The position numbers and the translations under genes were made by a program. From Macrostomum lignano (Eukaryota): a stretch of DNA of 58,760 nucleotides. Below the pieces are notes generated by a model that did no database searches, was not told where the DNA came from, and worked only from the letters and a program-made list of their open reading frames with translations. Shown in pieces: positions 25,241 to 37,800 of this stretch (positions are counted from its first letter, which is position 1; each line of letters starts with the position of its first letter). Location of the stretch: contig NIVC01002576.1 in assembly GCA_002269645.1 (NCBI GenBank), positions 1-58,760 of the forward strand, given 5' to 3'.

Positions 25241-25719
25241 CCCCTCTTCGCGTTCCAAATTCCTGCCTGCCGCACAGCACCGTCTCTCAATTGGAACAGC
25301 TAATCTGATTTAACACAGCCCTGCTCACAGATTATTGAATTGCAAAGCTGCACAGACTAATTCCGGCTCAGATAAATCTTTCCATCGGTTGCTCAAAGGA
25401 TTAGTAATTAACCGCGTCTGAAAGCTTTTCCCAAAGAGATTTGTTGAGTCCTTAGAAGAAAGGAAGGAAGAAGCTGTCAACAGATCCCCAGTTAATTACT
25501 TTTCCTTTTAGCGCAGAATTTCCCGCCAGTGATTGGAAAATTTTTAGGGAAAAACTTTTTCGAGGCATTTCGCATTTTTTCGACAGGAAATTTTTACTCA
25601 CTTTGATTTATTAGTTAGGTTGCTCTTTGATTAGCAATGTGGAAGGTCAGTCTTGTAAGACTCCATAGTTGGACTCCAGGTGAGCTCAGTGTGATTTTGT
25701 GTGTTTGCCAGGTGAATCC

Positions 25720-26240
25720 CTGTATCAAATTCCCTGTATCAAATTCCCTCCATCCAATTCCCTCCATCTAATTCTCTCCATCTAATTCTCTCCATACAAT
25801 TCTCTCCTTACGATTCCCTCTATCCAATTGCCTTTTTTCAATTCCCTCCTTCTAATCCCTACACCAAACTCCCTTCATCCGATTCCCTCCACCCAATTCC
25901 CTCCATCCAATTCTCTCTATCTAATTCCATCTATCTAATTCCCTCCGTCCAATTCCCTCCATCCAATTCTCTCTATCTAATTCCATCTATCTAATTCCCT
26001 CCGTCCAATTCCCTCCATCCAATTCTCTCTATCTAATTCCATCTATCTAATTCCCTCCGTCCAATTCCCTCCATCCGATTCCCTCCATCCAATTCCCTCC
26101 ATTCGATTCCCTCCCTCCAATTCCCTCCATTCGATTCCCTCCATCCGATTCCCTCCATCCAATTCCCTCCATCCGATTCCCTCCATCCAATTCCCTCCAT
26201 TCGATTCCCTTCATCCAATTCCCTCCCTCCAATTCCCTCC
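25720..26240. repeat. 14-bp ccaattccctccat-type array with an internal higher-order triplication of about 53 bp
   Basis: Direct periodicity. Confidence 0.9.
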
Positions 26241-26409
26241 TTCCTTGATGCTGTGTGCTAGCCAGGTGACCTCAAACTAGAAAAATGATTCCAGTGTGTC
26301 ATCTCCAGCATGTCAGCATAATGCTACTCAGCCTGAATTAGTAGTATAAAGCGGTCAAGCAAGGTGAAATAAATAGCTGAGAGTTCTATAGGGACCCGAA
26401 GACTGCAAA

Positions 26410-26444
26410 CCAATGGCTGATAGGAACCGTTTTTTGGCTATAAA
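26410..26444 (+). promoter_or_regulatory. Candidate CCAAT + TATA core promoter of the lectin gene
   Basis: CCAAT at 26410 and TATAAA at 26439, about 50 nt upstream of the ATG at 26495. Confidence 0.45.
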
Positions 26445-26494
26445 TTCCCTGGCAACCACCACCCGCTGGCGGACAGAGCAGTGAACTCACAGCA

Positions 26495-29108
26495 ATGAAG
26501 CCACTCGGCCTTGACAATTCAAAGCTATTTTTGCTGCTTGTGCAGCTGCTAACTGACCTGTCTGAGGCAGCCTGTCCACCTGGCTTCAGCAAGAATTTGT
26601 CCTCAACCGTGTGCACCTTCATCCGTCAGGAGCCTCAGGTGACATTCTGCGAAGCCAATCGCCAGTGCGCTCTGCTTGGCGCCGAGCTCGTCACCGACTC
26701 CGGCGCCATTTCGGCGCTAGCCAGCTTCACGCCGCGCCTCTGGATTGGCGCCGCCGACCTCGCCGACGAGCGCGACACCGACAGGACCGACTGGCGGCTC
26801 GTCAACGGGCGCGGCAATCTGGCGGTGGCGAACAGCGTCTGGCGCAGCGGGAGGCCCAACAATCTGGGCGGCAACCAAGACTGCCTGCTGGTCAAGGGAG
26901 GCGACGGACTGGACGATGTGGACTGCACGGATGTGGCTGGCATTGTGTGTCAGGTAGGTTTCCTGTGTGTCAGGTAGGTTTCCTGTGTGTCAGGTAGGTT
27001 TCCTGTGTGTCAGGTAGGTTCACTGTGTGTCAGGTAGGTTTCCTGTGTGTCAGGTAGGTTCACTGTGTGTCAGGTAGGCTCACTATGTGTCAGGTAGGTT
27101 CCCTGTGTGTCAGGTAGGTTTCCTGTGTGTCAGGTAGGTTCACTGTGTGTCAGGTAGGTTCACTATGTGTCAGGTAGGTTCACTATGTGTCAGGTAGGTT
27201 CACTGTGTGTCAGGTAGGTTCACTGTGTGTCAGGTAGGTTCACTATGTGTCAGGTAGGCTCACTATGTGTCAGGTAGGTTCCCTGTGTGTCAGGTAGGTT
27301 TCCTGTGTGTCAGGTAGGTTCACTGTGTGTCAGGTAAGTTCACTATGTGTCAGGTAGGTTCACTATGTGTCAGGTAGGTTCACTGTGTGTCAGGTAGGTT
27401 CACTGTGTGTCAGGTAGGTTCACTGTGTGTCAGGTAGGTTCACTGTGTGTCAGGTAGGTTCATTGTGTGTCAGGTAGGTTCACTATGTGTCAGGTAGGTT
27501 CAGTGTGTCAGGTAGGTTCACTGTGTGTCAGGTAGGTTCACTGTGTGTCAGGTAGGCTGACTGTCAGGTAGGCTAACTGTGTAGGGGGTAGGTAGGCAGC
27601 CTACGCTCGTAGGTGCAGCCGTGCCAAGTTGATTGATTGCCAGTTAGCCTGACTAACTGCCCGTGTTAGGCGCCATTGTTTCAAGTTTTTTGTCAATCAA
27701 GCCATCTATTAGCTAAAAAAACTTTTGCAACAACTGCACAATGAGCTACCCTACCTAAAGTGTTTATGCGTTGCATGCGATTGTGAATTTAGCTCTAATA
27801 GATTAAGTTTTTATGAGCCCGCATGTTTATGACTCTCTTCAAATCCAGCTTCCTTTCCATCGGCCATTAGCTATTTTTTCATTCCTCTCCAGCTTATTTC
27901 CCTCCATTCCCCAGTTTGATGCAAAAAGCCAAGTTATCATTTATGCATCGTCACCCACAATATTGCTTCATCCTTCCACTGCTAATCCAGTTTATCTGAT
28001 CCAGCCCAATCTGTTCTATCCAATCCAATATAGTCCCCTATCCCTTTTTCCCCTGTTTATCCCTGTCTATCCCTGTCTATCCCTGTCTATCCCCTGCCTA
28101 TCCCTTTCTATCCCTGTCTATCCCCTGTCTATCCCCTGTCTATCCCTGTCTATCCCTTTCTATCCCTGTCTATCCCCTGTCTATCCCTGTCTATCCCTGT
28201 CTATCCCTGTCTATCCCCTGTCTATCCCCTGTCTATTCCTGTCTATCCCTGTCTATCCCTGTCTATCCCCTTTCTATCTCTCTATCCCCTATCTATCCCT
28301 CTATCCTCTGTCTATTTTATTACCTGTCTATCCCCTTTCTATCCCCTGCCTATCCCTTTCTATCCCCTGTCTATCCCCTGTCTATGCCTGTCTATCCCTG
28401 TCTATCCCTGTCTATGCCTGTCTATCCCTGTCTATGCCTGTCTATCCCTGTCTATGCCTGTCTATCCCTGTCTATCCCTGTCTATCCTTCTCTAGATAAA
28501 TCCGACTAGATTCATCCAATCCAGTCCAATTTATCCAACCCCCGTTAGCGGCCCAGGCTCGATTCCAAGTGCAGTCACATTAATTTGGGGCTAAATTGGA
28601 ATCTCGGCTTGGCTCTGCTCGTGCAATTAACGCCATTGAGGGCCAACCCCCAAGGCACAGAGAGTGTACATGCCTGACGATAAATAAAGTTAGGGCCGCT
28701 GTACACCCCTGTGTGAGTGTGTGCCTGTGCGTATAACTGCGTACGTCATAAACCCCCAATGCCAACCACCAGGCGCCAGTCCCGACCCCAGCGCCAGAGT
28801 CGGAGCCGGGATGCCAGCGCCTTCAGGCTGGTTGGCGCCCCGCCAGTTTTAGTCGCCGGTCGCCGTACAACACGTTTAACGACTACTGCAGCGAGCAGAG
28901 TACCACCGGCTCTGATCAGCCAGAAGGCGGTGTGGCGGCCTGCGCGTTCCGGGCCTCCGCTAAGATGCGGAAAACCTTCGTTGGTGCGTTTTTGTACAAC
29001 CGACGGACTAGCGACTGCCGCCTGCTGCTCTTCACCGACAGCGAGGTTGAGGAGGCCGTAGAGACCAGCGCTGATTGGCAGAAGTATGTCTACGCGACTG
29101 CGCCCTGA
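26495..29108 (+). CDS. Secreted C-type lectin domain + degenerate PAN/apple-like domain protein (264 aa, 2 exons)
   Basis: Exons 26495-26953 and 28773-29108 in phase 0. Signal peptide; CTLD motifs CPPGF, FCEANRQC, LWIG, WRSGRPNN...QDC, DDVDC...VCQ; Pro-rich linker; second domain ending YNRRTSDCRLLLFTD...WQKY. The PAN assignment is tentative. Confidence 0.82.
26945..27570 (+). repeat. 20-bp array containing 32 copies of the exon1/intron junction CAG|GTAGG
   Basis: Unit tgtgtgtcaggtaggtt(tcc/cac); the first copy is the real exon end (...GTG TGT CAG|gt). Confidence 0.97.
28040..28490. repeat. (CTATCCCTGT)n 10-bp array in lectin intron
   Basis: Direct periodicity. Confidence 0.95.
28547..28746 (+). 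mobile_element. 5'-truncated SINE copy
   Basis: agcggcccaggctcgattccaagtgcagtcac...tgtgtgagtgtgtgcctgtgcgtat matches the reverse complement of 12631-12955. Confidence 0.8.
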
Positions 29109-29129
29109 GTGGTCGGCGGGTGTTCGGGA

Positions 29130-29580
29130 CGGACGTTTGTAGGAGTGACGGACGGTTGTAGGAGTGACGGATGCTTGTAGGAGTGACGGACGGTTGTAGG
29201 AGTGACGGATGCTTGTAGGAGTGACGGACGGTTGTAGGAGTGACGGATGCTTGTAGGAGTGACGGACGGTTGTAGGAGTGACGGATGCTTGTAGGAGTGA
29301 CGGACGGTTGTAGGAGTGACGGACGGTTGTAGGAGTGACGGACGGTTGTAGGAGTGACGGACGGTTGTAGGAGTGACGGACGGTTGTAGGAGTGACGGAT
29401 GCTTGTAAGAGTGACAATGCTTGTAAGAGTGAAGGATGCTTGTAGGAGTGACGGATGCTTGTAGGAGTAACGGACAGTTGTATGAGTGACGGATGCTTGC
29501 AGGAGTGGCGAATGCTTGCAGGAGTGACGAATGCTTGCAGGAGTGACGGATGCTTGTTGGAGTGACGGATGGTTGTAAAA
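29130..29580. repeat. 19-bp array just after the lectin stop codon
   Basis: Unit tgtaggagtgacgga(cggt/tgct). Confidence 0.95.
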
Positions 29581-30084
29581 TGCAAAATTGAAAAGATTTT
29601 TCTCCAGTTTTTAACTAAAATTCTCTTTGTTTTTACCCTTTTTCTTCTATTAATAAGTTGAATCTATCATTATAAAAATTTCTATTCACATATGATTGTT
29701 ATAATTTACAAAACGAATTTAATGACACTCAGTACTTTAAACTTTTCTGTCAGCAGCAACTCCAGGGCTTAATTATTTAGATTTTAATCCAACCGAGAAA
29801 AATCAGCTTTTTTTGCTTTTTCTCTGCTTTTAAATATGCTCCTCTATTGCACCTATTCCAGTGCCCTAATTCTGTATGCAGCTGGAGAGACCCACTGACT
29901 ATTTATTTATGCAAAAGACTCACGGAGACTTAAGAGTCGCCAATTGGTGCAGAATCAATAAAGCTCTGGACAGAAAAAGCCTCTGAAACAATACAGTTCT
30001 GTTTAGAACAGTTTTGGTTTTTCTCTGCTAAAATTTTTCAGCCTCTTGCCAACCAGACCTCAAGCAGGAAAAAGTAGAACGAGA

Positions 30085-30345
30085 TGTGAGGGAAATCAGA
30101 GAGATGTGAGGGGAATCAGAGAGATGTGAGGGAATCAGACATATGTGAGGGGAATCAGAGAGATGTGAGGGGAATCAGAGAGATGTGAGGGGAATCAGAG
30201 AGATTTGAGGGGAATCAGAGAGATGTGAGGGGAATCAGAGAGATGTGAGGGGAATCAGAGAGATGTGAGGGGAATCAGAGAGATGTGAGGGGAATCAGAC
30301 AGATGTGAGGGGAATCAGACAGATGTGAGGGGAATCAGAGAGATG
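30085..30345. repeat. 20-bp array
   Basis: Unit gagatgtgaggggaatcaga. Confidence 0.95.
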
Positions 30346-30719
30346 CTGCATCCATCCTGTTCATTACATATTTATTGCTTGCTGCTTTTTTACAGCAGGA
30401 AAAGGCAGTACGAGTGCCATAAGCCGATGCTTGTATTGGAGTTGCTAGGCTGTTCCTGAGCCTGAGAACACAAAGGGAAAGGAAATGGCCATCTAAGTGC
30501 AGAAGTTCCGGCGTCCGTTGGAACAAACTGTGGAGCTCGTGCTGAGTCAAAGAGGGAGGATGGCGTGAGGACAAGAAGGGAGATTATTTGGGCGCTGTTT
30601 GTGACAGCTGAGTCTATCTGATTGCAATTTCTGGGCAGCAATTGCTCTCTTAGCCACTTGCTTCAATCTCTTTGATAGTTTGAATGCGCCACTTTTGATT
30701 CTCTCTGTGTCACTCCCAA

Positions 30720-33215
30720 TTCTCTTTGTATCACTTCCGATCCTCTTTGTGTCACTCTGGATTCTATTTGTATCACTCTGGATTCTATTTGTGTCACTCT
30801 GGATTCTATTTGTATCACTCTGGATTCTATTTGTATCACTCTGGATTATATTTGTATCACTCTGGATTCTATTTGTATCACTCTGGATTATATTTGTATC
30901 ACTCTGGATTCTATTTGTATCACTCTGGATTATATTTGTATCACTCTGGATTCTATTTGTATCACTCTGGATTCTATTTGTATCACTCTGGATTCTATTT
31001 GTATCTTTGACTTAGCTGCAGGGTGGTCCGTAGACACAGCGGGGAGGCGAGGGTCGCCCATTCCGCTAGCCCCTGAAGGCCCGCAGACAGGCAGAGGCGT
31101 GGGGCCGGTCAGGGTGGTCCGCCGGTCCGTCCTGCAGCGTGATCTTCCGTTGGGAAGAAACTGGCTCGTCTAGTCGCCCGAAGGAACTGGATGAGCCGTG
31201 GGATGCTGTCGGGCTGGCAAACCTCGTCAATGGACGGGTTCGGCCCGAGGTAGCGTAGCCGGTCTCTGTTAAAGAAAGGGCAGTGACAGACAAAGTGCTG
31301 AGCATCTTCATTGTCGCACTCGCAAAAGGGGCAAATTTCGCTCTCGAGGTCGCCTCGGAGGAAGCAGTGCCTGGCGAGGTAGCCATGGCCGGTAAGGGTC
31401 ATGACAAGGGCTCGAATATCCTTCCGATTCTGGTTCAGAAGGATGTTTCTGAGCCTGTGAGACGGGCAAGGAACCGCGGCACGAGATTGCCGGCAGTTTT
31501 GGGTGCCCGCCCATCTGTCCCTGTGGAGGGAGTCAGCCCAGTCGTCGATCTGACGATTGATGACTGTCAAGGGCATAGGGACCAGGGGGCAGGGCCGAAA
31601 AAAGAGCCAGAGCCGCCCCTCTTGGCGAGGGTGTCTGCCAGCTCGTTCCCCGGAAACCCTGCGTGCCCTGGGATCCACTTCAGCCTGACAGTATTGCTTC
31701 TGGCCAGGAGGTTGAGCTGCCGGGCGCAGTCGGCGACTGTCCGGGAGTTCGTTGTGGTGTGGCAAAGGGCCTGTAAGGCCGCTTGGCTGTCGGAGTGGAT
31801 GACAATAGTCTTTCCTCTCGTAACCTTGGCGTTTAGCTCTGCAGCGCAAGAGCTGATGGCAAGGACTTCGTTCTGGAAGACTGTGGAGAGTCTACCAGTG
31901 TGCTGGGCATGCGTGGCAATTACGCGGCCGTTGATGATGATGCAGACCCCAAAGCCGGCGCGACCGTCTTTGATGGATCCGTCCGTGTAGCAATGGACCT
32001 CCTGGAAATTCCAGTGGTCATTGGCAGCATCCCTAGAGGGGATGGTGACCTTGTAGCGCTGAAAGAGGTTGAGAGTGCGGGGTTCGCCGTCAGATAGGAC
32101 GTGGAGCCCGCCGCTGTCTCTCAAGTCCTTGAGGCAGAGGTCAGCGTGGGGCAGAAGCTTGCGCTTAGCCATGGCCCTATGGGGCTGGATTCGAATGCCA
32201 GCGTCAGCTAGACGGCGGGCAGTCTTAGCCGCTTCCCTGCGGACAAAGATGTCCAGCGGAGGAATGTTGAGGAAGGCGTTGAGGCCATCGTAAGGAGCAG
32301 ACGGAGGGGCGCTCATGATCGTGCGACAAGCGCGCCCTTGCGCTCTCCTGAGAGCCTCTAGACAGGTCTTTATCTGCAGGGCGCTAGCCCAGATCAGGCC
32401 GCCATACGAGATAGCGGGCCTAACCATTGCAGTGTAGATCCACCAGAGGCGCTTGGGGGTGAGCCCCCAGGTGGTGCCGACGGCCCTGCGCAATTGCGCG
32501 AGGACTGCGAAGGCCTTTTTGGCTTTTGTTTGAACGTGGGGAGACCAGTTCAGCCTCTATTTGTATCACTCTGGATTCTGTTTGTATCACTCTGGATTCT
32601 ATTTGTGTCACTCTGGATTCTATTTGTGTCACTCTGGATTCTATTTGTGTCACTCTGGATTCTGTTTGTATCACTCTGGATTCTATTTGTATCACTCTGG
32701 ATTATATTTGTATCACTCTGGATTCTATTTGTATCACTCTGGATTCTATTTGTATCACTCTGGATTCTATTTGTATCACTCTGGATTCTATTTGTATCAC
32801 TCTGGATTCTATTTGTATGACTCTGGATCCTATTTGTATCACTCTGGATTCTATTTGTGTCACTCTGGATTCTATTTGTGTCACTTTGAATTCTATTTGT
32901 ATCACTCTGGATTCTATTTGTATCACTCTGGATTCTATTTGTGTCACTCTGGATTCTATTTGTATCACTCTGGATTCTATTTGTGTCACTCCCGAATCTA
33001 TTTTTGTCACTCTGGATTGTAATTGTGTCACTCTGGATTCTCGTTGTCACTTTCGATTCTCTTTGTGTCACAATTCTTGTGTCTCGATTCGTTTTGTGTC
33101 ACCCGCGATTCTATTTATGTCACTCTCGATTTGATTTGCCTCCCTCTCGATTGTCGTTGTGTCACTCACGATTCTGTATGTGTCACTCTCGATTGTCGTT
33201 GTGTCACTCTCGGTT
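30720..33215. repeat. 21-bp array split in two (30720-31005 and 32556-33215) by a LINE insertion
   Basis: Unit tttgtatcactctggattcta on both sides. Confidence 0.95.
31006..32555 (-). mobile_element. 5'-truncated non-LTR retrotransposon with RNase H and CCHC (LOA/R1/I group-like)
   Basis: ORF 31567-32493: WGLTPKRLWWIYTAMVRP, YTDGS, VFQNEVLAI, HSDSQAAL, WIPGHAGFPGNELAD. After one frameshift near 31585 it continues LTGHGYLARH...CPFCECDNEDAQHFVCHCP. Short 3' tail. Confidence 0.92.
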
Positions 33216-33794
33216 CTCTGCGTCTCCGGCCATTTCCTTTTGATTCCTTTTGCTAGGACACGCAATAATTTTCAGTTAGTTGAAACAATAGCAACCGTAA
33301 ATTTTGTTAAGAATGTCATTACAAAAATTTCTTACACATTTTTCTAAGTTCAAAGTTTCAAAGTTTATCAGCAGATACATGTTATTATTTTAGCTGCGGC
33401 TTCGGTAGTTGATAGCTCGATGTCTTGATTTCTGCAGTGCAGTGTCTGATGGCTTCTAAGTGCCGAGAGAAGCGCGTGCTTATAGTGCAGCGGAGGTGCA
33501 GGCATATCCCATATTTGCACATCAGTTTCTGCATTCACAGCTGCATGAACTCTGGCTAGCATCTAATGGGTGGCTGCTAAGTAAACCTCTAAAATAAACC
33601 TGAGGCAGTCGAGAATTGCAGAACAACGTATTACTCCGGTTTTTAATGCTTGATTTTATGCAAGCAGGAGAGGCTACCACCAAATGTGTATTAAGAGGCT
33701 GAAGACTTCACAGCTGAATAGCTAAGGGGGTAAGTGTACTATAGAGAGATATTAGGAAAGAACGATCCAAAGGAGAGCAGAGGAAAAGAATGGG

Positions 33795-34810
33795 GTGGAG
33801 AGGAGAGGAGAGGAGAGGAGAGGAGAGGAGAGGAGAGGAGAGGAGAGGAGAGGAGAGGAGAGGAGAGGAGAGGAGAGGAGAGGAGAGGAGAGGAGAGAGG
33901 AGAGGAGAGGAGAGGAGAGGAGAGGAGAGGAGAGGAGAGGAGAGGAGAGGAGAGGAGAGGAGAGGAGAGGAGAGGAGAGGAGAGGAGAGGAGAGGAGAGG
34001 AGAGGAGAGGAGAGGAGAGGAGAGGAGAGGAGAGGAGAGGAGAGGAGAGGAGAGGAGAGGAGAGGAGAGGAGAGGAGAGGAGAGGAGAGGAGAGGAGAGG
34101 AGAGGAGAGGAGAGGACAGGACAGGACAGGACAGGACAGGACAGGACAGGACAGGACAGGACAGGACAGGACAGGACAGGACAGGACAGGACAGGACAGG
34201 ACAGGACAGGACAGGACAGGACAGGACAGGACAGGACAGGACAGGACAGGACAGGACAGGACAGGACAGGACAGGACAGGACAGGACAGGACAGGACAGG
34301 ACAGGACAGGACAGGACAGGACAGGACAGGACAGGACAGGACAGGACAGGACAGGACAGGACAGGACAGGACAGGACAGGACAGGACAGGACAGGACAGG
34401 ACAGGACAGGACAGGACAGGACAGGACAGGACAGGACAGGACAGGACAGGACAGGACAGGACAGGACAGGACAGGACAGGACAGGACAGGACAGGACAGG
34501 ACAGGACAGGACAGGACAGGACAGGACAGGACAGGACAGGACAGGACAGGACAGGACAGGACAGGACAGGACAGGACAGGACAGGACAGGACAGGACAGG
34601 ACAGGACAGGACAGGACAGGACAGGACAGGACAGGACAGGACAGGACAGACAGGACAGGACAGGACAGGACAGGACAGGACAGGACAGGACAGGACAGGA
34701 CAGGACAGGACAGGACAGGACAGGACAGGACAGGACAGGACAGGACAGGACAGGACAGGACAGGACAGGACAGGACAGGACAGGACAGGACAGGACAGGA
34801 CAAGACAGGA
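33795..34810. repeat. (AGAGG)n switching to (ACAGG)n, about 1 kb
   Basis: 5-bp periodicity; switch near 34115. Confidence 0.98.
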
Positions 34811-34857
34811 GAGCAGAGGAAAGGAGAGACAAGCAAGCTGCCGTCACGGGCCGTCAG

Positions 34858-37800
34858 TCAGTCTCCATCCCGCCTGTCAGCGCTGGCCCGATGGGGCGGC
34901 AAGGCAGCCGTGCCTCGCAGCCGCAGCCTGAGCGACTGTACGGAGCCGAATCTCGGGCGACCGGCCCTGCTGGACGACTGGAATGAAATCGATTTGATGA
35001 CGATATTGCTAATGCGGGATCGAACTGCTGAGAGATGGGTCTCATGCCTACCTGGTCTTCAATCACTAGCCGCCACTTCCCAGCGGGATTTTCTCCCCAA
35101 AAGTGAACGGTGAGAAATTCCCAGTTTCTGATGCCATCGCTGGATCTGTCTTTGCGGCGCGGGGTCAACAGTTGGCTTCCCGAGCCTGCGAGTGAGCGGA
35201 TTACGGTTGATATGCAGGGTGTAGGATGCAGGATTTTACTGTAGGATGCAGGATTTTACTGTAGGATGCAGGATTTTACTGTAGGATGCAGGATTTTACT
35301 GTAGGATGCAGGATTTTACTGTAGGATGCAGGATTTTACTGTAGGATGCAGGATTTTACTGTAGGATGCAGGATTTTACTGTAGGATGCAGGATTTTACT
35401 GTAGGATGCAGGATTTTACTGTAGGATGCAGGATTTTACTGTAGGATGCAGGATTTTACTGTAGGATGCAGGAGTTTACTGTAGGATGCAGGAGTTTACT
35501 GTAGGATGCAGGAGTTTACTGTAGGATGCAGGAGTTTACTGTAGGATGCAGGAGTTTACTGTAGGATGCAGGAGTTTACTGTAGGATGCAGGATTCTACT
35601 GTAGGATGCAGGAGTTTACTGTAGGATGCAGGAGTTTACTGTAGGATGCAGGAGTTTACTGTAGGATGCAGGAGTTTACTGTAGGATGCAGGAGTTTACT
35701 GTAGGATGCAGGAGTTTACTGTAGGATGCAGGAGTTTACTGTAGGATGCAGGAGTTTACTGTAGGATGCAGGAGTTTACTGTAGGATGCAGGAGTTTACT
35801 GTAGGATGCAGGAGTTTACTGTAGGATATCACCACACGCTACCGGAGGGGGGGGAGATTATTTTCACCAGGGGATGAAGGAATTGAACTAGATGGTGGAG
35901 ATAAAGTTTTTTTGATAATGAGAGGTGTCAGCTTGAGAAGGCAATTTTGCTATAGAGTAGAGGGGGAACGGGAGCATAGGAACCATGGACTACTCAATAA
36001 GAAGGACAGGAGATTACGTTTCTGAGAAAATTTCAGGAGGTAGGTTTTACCGAAAAAATACATTACAAAGATAGGAGGCTTTCATTTTTTCAGCCCAGAA
36101 ATTGTTATTGCTTTTGATAGCAGGCAGACCCAGTGTTCATCTTTTGATATGTTGTGCCTCTCTTATAGCTCTATTGATATTCATAAAGCTTTTTGGTTGG
36201 AAAGATTCTACTGTACATGTAGAATGATAAAATAAACGTGCCATTTTTGTGATTTTCGTGTTAAGCCTAGGGTTAGCGAAGGGGTGATGGGCTGGATCTG
36301 AGGCTCTTGATCTCAGGTTAGGAGAATATACAGGCACAACAACCGTGCTCAGACAGACGGGAGTCTGGTGCAGCTGCTCGTACTCTACTATGCTCACCGG
36401 CTCCTGATGTCAGGTGGATGGCAAGCGCCCCGCGCTCTGAGTAGCGCAAGTCGACTCTCAGCTGTACATGCTCCAGGTACTTCACCGAAGCTGTCTGACT
36501 CTCGCTAACATACAGTGTGCAGTGCAACGACTCTGACTGGCTGATCTGCCTGGAGACATATGAGTATAAATTCATGTATCCCTTGCAGATGCTAAGAGCT
36601 TGTTACGGGATCGTTTTTGTGTTGGTTGCTATGGGACTGTTTTTGTGATGGTTGCTATGGGATCGTTTTTATGATGGTTGCTATGGGATTGTTTTTGGTG
36701 ACGGTTGCTATGGGATCGTTTTTTTGATGGTTGCTATGGCATCGCTTTTTGTGATGGTTGCTATGGGATCGCTTTTTTGATGGTTGCTATGGCATCGCTT
36801 TTTGTGATGGTTGCTATGGGATCGTTGGTGTGATGGTTGCTATGGCATCGCTTTTTGTGATGGTTGCTATGGCATCGCTTTTTGTGATTGTTGCTATGGG
36901 ATCGTTGGTTGGATGGTGTCTTTGTTGCTATGGAAACCACTGGATTGCTATAGTTTCTATCGTTGCCGTGGTTGCTATGGCATCATGTATATGATTGCTA
37001 TGGAACACTGCCTTGTTACGGTTGCTATGGGACCGTGGGCTACAATCAGAATGCTCACCATCTGCCGCCACAGTTCCAGTCGTCCAGTTCCACGGTGGAA
37101 GCGTCGGGCACCCGGCGCCAAGCCGCCGGTTCGGTCAGCCGGATCACCGCCGCCACGTTGAATATCCCGAAGCCGAACCGGTGATGATAGCGGTGCCCGG
37201 CTGCGTTCCGACGCCAGCCGGCGATGCTGCGTCGGCGAAGAGGTGCCGACTGCGACGTCCAGACGACGGCGTGTTGAAAATCGCGCCAGGTCAAATTCGG
37301 ACTTGACGGTGGGAGAATTTGGGATCGTGTGGGATGGGTTATCCCTTTGGGATGGATTATCAGTGTGGGATGGGTTATCCCTTTGGGATGGATTATCAGT
37401 GTGGGATGGGTTTGGGTATGGGATGGGTTTTCAGTGTGGGATGGGTTTTCAGTGTGGGATGGGTTTTCAGTGTGTGATGGGTTTTCAGTGTGGGATGGGT
37501 TTTCAGTGTGTGATGGGTTTTCAGTGTGGGATGGGTTTTCAGTGTGTGATGGGTTTTCAGTGTGGGATGGGTTTTCAGTGTGTGATGGGTTTTCAGTGTG
37601 TGATGGATTTTCAGTGTGTGATGGATTTGGGTATGGGATGGGTTTGGGTATGGGATGGGTTTGGGTATGGGATGGGTTTGGGTATGGTATGGGTTTGGGT
37701 ATGGTATGGGTTTGGGTATGGTATGGGTTTGGGCATGGTATGGGTTTGGGTATGGGATGGGTTTGGGTATGGGATAGGTTTGGGTATGGGATGGGTTTGG

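Noticed and set aside
26945-33215. Regular 19-21 bp repeats resembling CRISPR arrays
   Set aside because: Head-to-tail units with no unique spacers, no cas genes, eukaryotic context.
30345-33700. Unique islands between arrays (30345-30680, 33368-33562) as exons of a hidden gene
   Set aside because: Short ORFs with no recognisable motifs and no consistent splice chain.
33708-35113. Long ORFs of 365-459 aa (EERRG/QDRTG, LSCPV)
   Set aside because: Translations of 5-bp microsatellites that lack stop codons; not genes.
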